Below, one piece after another: positions 56,788 through 64,000 of a DNA stretch of 64,000 nt. Source of the DNA: Polyangiaceae bacterium (GTDB taxonomy: Bacteria; Myxococcota_A; Polyangia; Polyangiales; Polyangiaceae); assembly GCA_965222375.1 (NCBI GenBank), contig CBDCTZ010000011.1, forward strand, positions 416,001 to 480,000, written 5' to 3'. The notes beneath the pieces were generated by a model. The model ran no database searches. It saw only the letters and a program-made list of their open reading frames with translations, and was not told the origin of the DNA. The stretch's first letter is position 1. Each line of letters opens with the position of its first letter. The position numbers were made by a program, and so were the translations under genes.

Positions 56788-57060
56788 TCAGCGTCGCTCG
56801 CTATGCCCGAGGTCCCGCTTGGGATCGATGCGGTCACGGATACCCTGCTTGATCTCTTTGGGCTCCGGGAAGCGCTCGGCCAGTTTGCGGTCGAAGATGG
56901 CGTCGCCATCTAGCAGTACCTCGAAGGTGCCGCTCTCCGCGGGGGTGAGCATCACGCGGATCTCTTCGGGGAAGGTCTGGGGGAGCTCTTGGGCGAGCCA
57001 GGCGGCTCGGGTGAGCCAGCGACATTTCACGCAGTAGCGGATTTCGACCAGGGGCTGCAC
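56788..57060 (-). CDS. SelT/SelW/SelH (Rdx) family protein
   Basis: IRYCVKCRWL.RAAWLAQEL, G.FEV, FPEPKEIKQ.IRDRIDP.RDLGH. Confidence 0.92.
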   Translation of the reverse strand: MQPLVEIRYCVKCRWLTRAAWLAQELPQTFPEEIRVMLTPAESGTFEVLLDGDAIFDRKLAERFPEPKEIKQGIRDRIDPKRDLGHSERR

Positions 57061-57215
57061 GGCCGGCAGTCTGGCGGGCTCCCAGTGGCCCCGGCCTCGT
57101 GGGCGTTTCTTTTCTTGCGACGGGGGCGCCTGCGGCGGCTCATCCGAGCGTCGCCGCCTTCTGTCTGTCGCCTATCTCAGCGCCAGACCCGCGGGGCGCG
57201 GCCCGAGGCAAGCAG

Positions 57216-58406
57216 ATGCAAACGCTCAAAACTACACTTCTTTTCTTGGCAGCTGGCGCTCTGGCCCCCGGCTGCATCGCCAAGTCTTCAACCGACACGG
57301 ACCTCGGGGCCGCGGGAGCCGCATCCGCCGGCGCGGGGGCCTTTGGCGCCTTTGGTGGGTTCGGCTCCGGCGGTGGTAGCGCCGGCGGTGGAGCAACTCC
57401 TGGTAGCGGCGGGGCCAACACCGGCGGCAGTGCTGCCAAGGGAAGCGGCGGCTTCGGGGCCGGAGGTGGTGGCGCGGGTGCAACGGCGCTGCCGCCAGGT
57501 TGCTTCAATGGTGCGAGCGTCGAGTGCAATCCGCTGACCAACGCGGGCTGCAGTGGTGGCGCCGCTTGTGACGTGGGCATCGACGAGAACCAGGCGACCC
57601 ACCTGATCTGCTACCCGCCGCCCAACCCGGCGCCCCTTGGCGGCGCATGCAATGCCAAGGACGGTCCGTTTTGTGTCCCAGGCTCTGTTTGCACCGGCTC
57701 GCCCGGTACCTGTGTTCCCTTCTGCTGTAGCAACGCCGATTGTGCTGCCGGTACGGCGTGCGCGCCCATCGATCCCGCCATCGGGAGCCTCGGTGGCTGC
57801 ATGGCCGGCGCAGGCGGCAGCGGAGGCGGTGGGGGCGTCGGCGGGAGCAGTGGCGGTGGCGGCACCAGCGGGGCAGGCGGCACGGGTCACGACCTGGTCA
57901 ACTGCACCGGCAGCGGTTGGTCCAGCGGCAGCGTCAGCGGCGTCACGCCTCAGGTCAAGGTCAGTACAGTGCAGACGGATCCATCCGGCAACGTGAAACT
58001 GATCTTGATGCCCAAGGCCGGCACGACGAATGGCGATGTGGTCATCGGTGTGTACTTCTTCGCAAAACCCGGCCAGCTGTCCTACCCGTCCAACGGAAGT
58101 GTCGGTTGCGCGGTGTTGCGCTACCAGAACGGCTGGCAAACCGTAGACAAGTCGCAGCTCTGCGAAGTGAACCTGACCCAGCTGTCTTTCGCGTCAAAAC
58201 CCGGCTCCTGTGACGGCGTCATGGCTGGCAGTTTCAAAGGGGTCTTTTCCGGCAATGCGCCGCTGGGCGGCACCTTCTCCGTGCCTCTGAAGGTTGCGGC
58301 GAGCGAAGTCAAACCGCCCTCTTGCCAAGGAATGAACGGACCTTGCAGTGCCCACTCGGATTGTTGCTCCAAGTCCTGCAGCTTGTTCATCGGTGTGTGC
58401 AATTGA
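57216..58406 (+). CDS. Gly/Cys-rich lipoprotein ending in a cystine-knot-like module
   Basis: APGC lipobox, Gly linkers, Cys-rich domain, C-terminal C-C-CC-C-C. Confidence 0.8.
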   Translation: MQTLKTTLLFLAAGALAPGCIAKSSTDTDLGAAGAASAGAGAFGAFGGFGSGGGSAGGGATPGSGGANTGGSAAKGSGGFGAGGGGAGATALPPGCFNGASVECNPLTNAGCSGGAACDVGIDENQATHLICYPPPNPAPLGGACNAKDGPFCVPGSVCTGSPGTCVPFCCSNADCAAGTACAPIDPAIGSLGGCMAGAGGSGGGGGVGGSSGGGGTSGAGGTGHDLVNCTGSGWSSGSVSGVTPQVKVSTVQTDPSGNVKLILMPKAGTTNGDVVIGVYFFAKPGQLSYPSNGSVGCAVLRYQNGWQTVDKSQLCEVNLTQLSFASKPGSCDGVMAGSFKGVFSGNAPLGGTFSVPLKVAASEVKPPSCQGMNGPCSAHSDCCSKSCSLFIGVCN

Positions 58407-58489
58407 GACGCTTTGACTCTGCTGATCGAGCATGCTAGTCGGACCCTCCTGGCCTCGCTCGTTGCAAGTTGCGGCCGGGCACGTGGCTC

Positions 58490-59851
58490 ATGTCGCTATC
58501 GAGGAACCGTGCTCTTGCTGTCGCCTTGAGCTTGGCGAGCGTAGTGCTCCAGGCCTGCGGCACCGGTGCTGCGCCGCCGCCGAAGGCTCCCGAGTTTGCC
58601 CCGGAAGGGCAGACCAAATGCGGTATCGTCAAGAGCTCGAGCCGGCCGCTCATTGTCGAGTGGCCGGCGGCGGACCGCGCGCAGCTCGAAGCCGCCGCCA
58701 AGCATGGTATCGCCGCTGTCCGCTATTCCGGTTGCGAAATGGAAGTGCTGCCGCGCTGCGCGCTGACGGGCAATTACCGCTTCACCCCGACCACTCGAAA
58801 ACTCGAGCGTGTCGCCATCCGTGACGCCGACGAGTTGTACGCAGAGTTGCCGGTTGGCGCGGTAAAGCTCGAAGGCAAGTTGGAACAAGCTGGCGTGTTG
58901 GAGGTGGCGATGCACGTCGTGGGTCGCTACGACGCGGCGACCACCGAAGAGAGCAAGCTGGCGGGAGCCTGCAGCGATGCGACCCACGTCATCACTGGAC
59001 TCACTGTGGGCGCGTTCGAGTTTTCCGCAGGAGCGAGCTCCGGTGCGTCCGGCGGCGTCGGGCTGCTTGGAGCCAAAGCCGGGGGCAAAGAACGCCGCGA
59101 AAAACAGCTGCTCAATCGCGATGGCGACGCTCAGGCGTGCTCGTCCTCGTCCTCCACGGACGAAGAGCCGCCGGAAGGCTGCGCCGCTCTGCTGCGGGTG
59201 GAAGTCACGCCAGTGGCGGACCTGGCCGTGGCTGCACCCGTCGAGGTCACCGAACCCGCCGCTGCCGGCGCAGTGGGCGTCGCGAACGGTGGCGCCGATG
59301 TGCGGCCTGGCCCTGGCGTGGTTCGGGTAACCATCAACAGCCCCGAGCCCGTCGAACTGCATGGCATTGGCGTGTCACGACTCGAGCCCGTAGCGGGTGG
59401 CTTCCGCTCTCTGGGGCCGAGCCAGCTGCTGTGTCGCGACGAGTGTGGCCAGTGGCTCGACGCCCGAGTCGGCCAGCGGCTCAGTGTGGGGCGCGAGGAC
59501 ATTCCGTTCTCCGCGCCGATCAACCTGTATAATCAAGAGGGTGACGTTCAGCTCGATGTGGATCCCGGCAGCGGCGCCGCCCTGGGCTGGGGAGTGACCA
59601 GCCTGAGCATCGGCCTGGCCTCTGCAGTGACCGGGCTCTCGTTGCTGGGCACCGGGTTTCTGATCGGCGGAGCGGACTCTTCGGGGTCGAGCGACGACAC
59701 CGCTAGCGATCTGAAGACCTGGGGCTTGGTCACCCTCGGCGGTGGCGGTGCACTGATTGGTGTGGGCATCGTGTTGATGAACGACGGCTCCACCAAAGTG
59801 GAAGTGCGCCCCCGAGCCAGCTTGCCCGCGAGCGCCACGAAGCGGTTCTAA
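58490..59851 (+). CDS. Lipoprotein with PLIVEW-type N-terminal domain and C-terminal hydrophobic hairpin
   Basis: LQAC lipobox; RPLIVEW...GCEMEVLPRC...ATHVI.G.TVGAF; two C-terminal TM-like segments. Confidence 0.75.
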   Translation: MSLSRNRALAVALSLASVVLQACGTGAAPPPKAPEFAPEGQTKCGIVKSSSRPLIVEWPAADRAQLEAAAKHGIAAVRYSGCEMEVLPRCALTGNYRFTPTTRKLERVAIRDADELYAELPVGAVKLEGKLEQAGVLEVAMHVVGRYDAATTEESKLAGACSDATHVITGLTVGAFEFSAGASSGASGGVGLLGAKAGGKERREKQLLNRDGDAQACSSSSSTDEEPPEGCAALLRVEVTPVADLAVAAPVEVTEPAAAGAVGVANGGADVRPGPGVVRVTINSPEPVELHGIGVSRLEPVAGGFRSLGPSQLLCRDECGQWLDARVGQRLSVGREDIPFSAPINLYNQEGDVQLDVDPGSGAALGWGVTSLSIGLASAVTGLSLLGTGFLIGGADSSGSSDDTASDLKTWGLVTLGGGGALIGVGIVLMNDGSTKVEVRPRASLPASATKRF

Positions 59852-59919
59852 ACCGCCCCACGTTGCCGCGGGCCGCGCGCTTTTCCCCTCCCGGCCCCCC
59901 CCGGACACCTCGCCAAACG

Positions 59920-59970
59920 GCGAGAGTAGGGCTCCAGGGCCGCCCCAACGCCGCGACCCCCAAACTTAAG
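59920..59970. repeat. Dispersed intergenic repeat, copy 2
   Basis: GCGAGAGTAG...GCCCCAACGCCGCGACCCC shared with 4891-4920. Confidence 0.6.
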
Positions 59971-59980
59971 ACTTCCAAGG

Positions 59981-60382
59981 CTAGTGATAGGTGCTGGTGA
60001 GGAGCAGTGCCGGCGCGAGGGTGACAAAGGTGACGTCCGCGTTCGTGGTGTCGTGCTCGAGCGACGTGGTCATGAATTGAATGCGTCCAAGGACGCCCAC
60101 GCTCCAGTCATCCGCGATCCACCAATCGTGGCCCACGCCCAGAGCAGAGCCGAAGCCTACGGCGAGTTTGTCGGTGTCGTCGTCGGCGTCGTCGAGCGTG
60201 GCCAGGCCGATAAGCGCCATGGTGTGCAGTCCTTCGTTTTCGTTGACGTAGTAGTCCACGTAGAACCCCAGCAGGTTGCCGGCGAGGGCGCCATCGCCGC
60301 CGCACTCGCTGTCGCCGATCTTCACTTTGGGCGACAAGACGTGAAAGCCCATGTTGCCGCCGCCCAGAACGAGGCCGGGCAT
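59981..60382 (-). pseudogene. C-terminal part of an outer-membrane beta-barrel gene, N-terminus missing
   Basis: PGLVLGG...FYVDYY...GVGHDWWIADDWSVGVLGR...TYH; no signal peptide; the RBS-linked ATG at 60396 is out of frame. Confidence 0.6.
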
Positions 60383-60426
60383 GGGCTCGCTCGCATGCCT
60401 ACCTCCTGCGCGGAGTACAGACGAAC

Positions 60427-60454
60427 GGATTGGTAACCTGCAAGTTACCAATCC
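60427..60454. promoter_or_regulatory. Perfect 11-bp inverted repeat (operator or hairpin)
   Basis: GGATTGGTAAC-CTGCAA-GTTACCAATCC. Confidence 0.55.
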
Positions 60455-60528
60455 ATGGCTGATTCTGCCGCCAGGTTCGGACCCACCTGCCGGTCGAGGC
60501 TCGCGGCGGCAGTTAGAGCCGCGCCCAA

Positions 60529-62331
60529 CTAGCGACGCCGCCGACGCAGCAATCCTAGGAGCAACAAGCTCAGACCCGCGGCCGAAGTTGGCCCCGAGCC
60601 AGCAGTGCGACAGGAACACCCGCCACCCGCGGCTTCCGCGGGGCTCGCGCCGCCAGCGCCCGCGCTGGCATCCGCGCCTGCATCGACACCGCCGTCCGAA
60701 TCCTGGGGCGCAGTGACGGTGCGTTCCGCTTCTTCCATCAGGTGCCCGAAGTGCGGCGGCTGAACGTCCGCCAAAGGGTTGCCGTGGCCATCTTTGGTCC
60801 ATTGCTTGGCGTCCACCAGGGCGCGCCATGAGCGGCGATAGATGAGACGAGCCCGGACCTTCAGCTCGCCGCCGCTGGCAGGCAGTTCGAAACTGTAGTT
60901 CGTCGTGTCCTGCTCGAGAGCCTTGATGCGATTGTCCGAGACGATGTTGACTGCGTCGGTGAAGAACGTTGGGCTCGTTCCTTTGGCGTCTTGGTTGATC
61001 TTGCCATAGAGCTTGCCGGGCAAGCCCGCGTAGTAGCCCTGGGCTGGATCTCCCACGCCACCTAGATCGTGCACGGTCTGGGTGCCGGTATGCTTCAGCT
61101 TCGTGCCGTCTGCGTCTCGCCAGGCCTCGACTAGTAGGATCATGTTGCGGATCGTGACACCGGTGGGCACCGAATGGCCGACTTGGTCGTTGTCGATGGT
61201 CACGGTCGCGGTCAGGTTTCCGGCTTCCAACTTGGCATCGAGGCTCAGGCTCACGGAGTTTTCCAGGAACTCCGGCGTGGTGCCGGGGAAATCGTGGGAG
61301 CGGATGTCGCCGTTGGGGCGACCCAAGTTGGGCGTGATGTCGTTGCAAGCTTGGCCCGCGCCCGTGGGCTTCATGTGGCATGTGACACAGGTGGCGTATT
61401 TGGGAGACTTCGGGTCGGCGTAGGATGAATCGAGCCATTCCAGGTAGGTGGGCTCGCTGATGATGCCGTCGCTCTCTTCGAAGTCGCCGTCACCGTCAGG
61501 ATCATTCTTGTCCTGGTGGCAGGTGGCACAGACCAGCGCGCCGAGCTGGGGTTGGTAGGACGCGCGCATTTCCGCGTCGCTAAAGGTCGCGTCGCCGAGC
61601 AGACCAAACATGATCGGGAAGGGCGCGTTGGCCGGTGGCCGAAGCAAGGTCACCGAGCCTGGGTAGACTCCGGGGAAGTTCGGTTTGGCGGGGTCGACGT
61701 CAGCCATCTTGTGACAGATCTCGCAGGAGATCCCGCGCTTGGCTCCGTCGGACAAGGCGCCCAGGGCCTCCATGGCGGTGAAAGGCTTTTTGACCCAGGG
61801 CTCGGGCTGGTGACATGAAGCGCAATCGCTCTCTGGATGCTTCGACGCGTGCACGGAGTCGCGGGTGTACACGAAGCCGCCCTTGCCATAAGTGGTGCCG
61901 CTGCCGTCGTAGATGTCGTAGACCCACGTGTTCTCGCCCGCATGCTTCATGGGCGACTTGCTCCACTGTTCGTATTGCTGCGGGTGGCAGGTCGCGCAAG
62001 TCTCGGGCAGTGTGAAGTCCGCCGTCGGGTCGACGGTCATGTCCACCGCAGTGAGCTCGATGTTTAGGCCCGTCGCTGGAGCGTCAGCACTGACGCCCTC
62101 ATTGTAGAAGCCCTTCTTGGCGCCAACGATGATGAGCCCGGTGCCGCTCGCCGACGGCAGAGAAAACGCGCCCGACGCATCCGTCGTGGTTTCGACGGCC
62201 TTCGCCTGAACCTTCACGCGGGCGTCGGCGATGGGCAGCCCGCTTTGCTTGTCCTTGACGACGCCGGAGACCTGCGCCTGCGCTGCGTCCCCAACCAAAC
62301 ACAGCGAAACAATCAGTCCCCATTTCCTCAT
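60529..62331 (-). CDS. Pentaheme c-type cytochrome with carboxypeptidase-regulatory-like N-domain and MYXO-CTERM
   Basis: Signal peptide; VSGVVKD..GLPIADARV; CATCH, CASCH, CEICH, CATCH, CVTCH; tail GGCSCR...LLLLGLLRRRRR. Confidence 0.88.
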   Translation of the reverse strand: MRKWGLIVSLCLVGDAAQAQVSGVVKDKQSGLPIADARVKVQAKAVETTTDASGAFSLPSASGTGLIIVGAKKGFYNEGVSADAPATGLNIELTAVDMTVDPTADFTLPETCATCHPQQYEQWSKSPMKHAGENTWVYDIYDGSGTTYGKGGFVYTRDSVHASKHPESDCASCHQPEPWVKKPFTAMEALGALSDGAKRGISCEICHKMADVDPAKPNFPGVYPGSVTLLRPPANAPFPIMFGLLGDATFSDAEMRASYQPQLGALVCATCHQDKNDPDGDGDFEESDGIISEPTYLEWLDSSYADPKSPKYATCVTCHMKPTGAGQACNDITPNLGRPNGDIRSHDFPGTTPEFLENSVSLSLDAKLEAGNLTATVTIDNDQVGHSVPTGVTIRNMILLVEAWRDADGTKLKHTGTQTVHDLGGVGDPAQGYYAGLPGKLYGKINQDAKGTSPTFFTDAVNIVSDNRIKALEQDTTNYSFELPASGGELKVRARLIYRRSWRALVDAKQWTKDGHGNPLADVQPPHFGHLMEEAERTVTAPQDSDGGVDAGADASAGAGGASPAEAAGGGCSCRTAGSGPTSAAGLSLLLLGLLRRRRR

Positions 62332-62393
62332 GGACACTAGGATCGACCCAAAACTACGGGTCGCCACTGACACCCGTCATGGGGCCTAGCGAG

Positions 62394-64000
62394 TCACTGT
62401 TTCAGAGCTGCGCGCACCAAGGAATCGTCGGCTTCTTCGGGCAGAGTGACGACCAAGTCGGGTTCTTGCTCCATGGCGCGACGCGTCGCAGAGACCGCGC
62501 CCGGATTCCGTGCCCATGCCCGGCGCGCCACCCCGTTGCTCACATCCCAGCCCAGCATGGCGTGGGCGCGCGCGCCCGCCTCCAGGCTGCCGTCGAGCAC
62601 CAAGCCAAACCCGCCGTTCATGACTTCGCCCCAACCCACGCCGCCGCCGTTGTGCAAGCTGACCCAGGTGGCGCCGCGGAAGGCATCCCCCACGAAGTTG
62701 TGCACGGACATGTCGGCGCAGAAGCGCGAGCCGTCGCGGATGTTTGCAGTTTCGCGCCAAGGCGAATCCGTGCCCGAAGTGTCGTGATGATCTCGCCCCA
62801 GCACGATGGCTGCGCTGATGCGCCCCGTGGAGACGGCGTCATTGAAGCGCGCGGCGATCTCTCGGCGGCCCTCGGCGTCGGCGTACAGGATGCGCGCCTG
62901 GGATCCGACGACCATTTCGTTCTCTTCGGCCTTCTGGATCCAACGCAGGTTGTCTTCGATCTGCTGGCGGATTTCTTGCGGAGCCGACTTGGCTTGGGCA
63001 GCGAGAACCTCTGCGGCAATACGGTCGGAGGTTGCCAAGTCTTCGGTGCGACCCGAGCAGCACACCCAACGGAACGGGCCGAAGCCGTAGTCGAAACACA
63101 GCGGCCCCATGATGTGCTCGACGTAGGACGGATAGCGGAACTCGCCATCGCTGCCCATCACGTCAGCGCCAGCGCGCTCCGCTTCGACCAAGAACGCATT
63201 GCCGTAGTCCCAGAAATGCATACCGGCGTTCGAGAGTTGGTTCACCGCCGCGACGTGGCGCTTCAAGGACGCTTGCACGGCTTGGCGAAAGCCTGACGGG
63301 TCGGCGCTGAGCATGCTGCGCGCCGCGTCGAACTCGATCCCCGCAGGGTAATAGCCTCCGCCAAAAGGGTTGTGCAGTGAGGTCTGGTCGGACCCAAGTT
63401 CGACGGGCATGCCCTCCTTCGCGAGTCGCTCCCAAAGGTCCACCACGTTGCCGACGTAGCCCAGGCTCACCGCTTCTCTGCCCTTGCGGGCTCGGTCGAT
63501 CCGGCTGAGCAGCTCGTCCAGGTCGGACTCCGCTTCCATGAGCCAACCCTGCTCGTGGCGCTTCTTCACGGCTGCGGGATTCACTTCTGCAACGACGCCC
63601 ACGGCGCCAGCGATCACGCTGGCTTTGGCCTGCGCGCCACTCATGCCGCCCAGCCCCGAAGTGACGAAAACCTTGCCCGCAAGCCCTTCGCTGCCCGCAT
63701 TCAGGTAGAGGCGCCCTGCACCGAGCAGCGTGATGGTCGTGCCGTGCACGATCCCCTGAGGGCCGATGTACATGTAGCTGCCCGCGGTCATCTGCCCATA
63801 GCTGGTCACACCCAGAGCGGAGAGCTTCTCCAGGTTTTCCCGGGTCGAGTAGTTCGGAACCATCATGCCGTTGGTCACGACGACCCGCGGTGCGCTGGAC
63901 GACGACGGAAAGCGCCCCAAAGGGTGGCCTGAATACATGACCAAAGTCTGCGCATCGTCCAGCTTGCAAAGGTGCTGCATGGTCAGGCAGTACTGCGCCC
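62394..64000 (-). CDS. hutU: Urocanate hydratase (long form), 5' end outside the window
   Basis: YGQMTAGSYMYIGPQGIVHGT, GLGGMSGAQ, SDQTSLHNP, WDYGNAF, GRDHHD, LHNGGGVG. Confidence 0.96.
   Translation of the reverse strand, partial: AQYCLTMQHLCKLDDAQTLVMYSGHPLGRFPSSSSAPRVVVTNGMMVPNYSTRENLEKLSALGVTSYGQMTAGSYMYIGPQGIVHGTTITLLGAGRLYLNAGSEGLAGKVFVTSGLGGMSGAQAKASVIAGAVGVVAEVNPAAVKKRHEQGWLMEAESDLDELLSRIDRARKGREAVSLGYVGNVVDLWERLAKEGMPVELGSDQTSLHNPFGGGYYPAGIEFDAARSMLSADPSGFRQAVQASLKRHVAAVNQLSNAGMHFWDYGNAFLVEAERAGADVMGSDGEFRYPSYVEHIMGPLCFDYGFGPFRWVCCSGRTEDLATSDRIAAEVLAAQAKSAPQEIRQQIEDNLRWIQKAEENEMVVGSQARILYADAEGRREIAARFNDAVSTGRISAAIVLGRDHHDTSGTDSPWRETANIRDGSRFCADMSVHNFVGDAFRGATWVSLHNGGGVGWGEVMNGGFGLVLDGSLEAGARAHAMLGWDVSNGVARRAWARNPGAVSATRRAMEQEPDLVVTLPEEADDSLVRAALKQ

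Overview
GC-rich bacterial chromosomal segment. The gene repertoire (MYXO-CTERM sorting tails, many Gly/Cys-rich lipoproteins, four Hanks-type Ser/Thr kinases, sigma-54 promoters) points by inference to a myxobacterium, probably Polyangiales. Housekeeping genes are hslO, yacG (59 aa, missed by the ORF track), glyS, ppdK, hemL, glyA, astB, recN, fdhD, dapE, dapD, ndk, sucD, sucC and a partial hutU. They are interleaved with accessory envelope, signalling and heme-protein genes. I found no rRNA, tRNA, CRISPR array or transposase. The standout is a 101-aa gene at 7875-8180: a 52-aa leader followed by 16 consecutive His-Xaa-Ser triads (HCS plus 15 HGS) and a terminal Trp. It looks like a His-Xaa-Ser RiPP precursor, but no maturase is adjacent and the next gene is a di-heme peroxidase. 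Other notable items: a lipoprotein with a 13-aa GKHLGQNKD(H/R)DNK repeat tail; eukaryote-like disulfide modules (somatomedin B, cystine knot); a MYXO-CTERM pentaheme cytochrome; several apparent pseudo-enzymes; two genes broken by single in-frame TAG codons; gene remnants; three sigma-54 promoters; and an SOS-like box before recN. All calls come from reading motifs by eye; no database searches were run.
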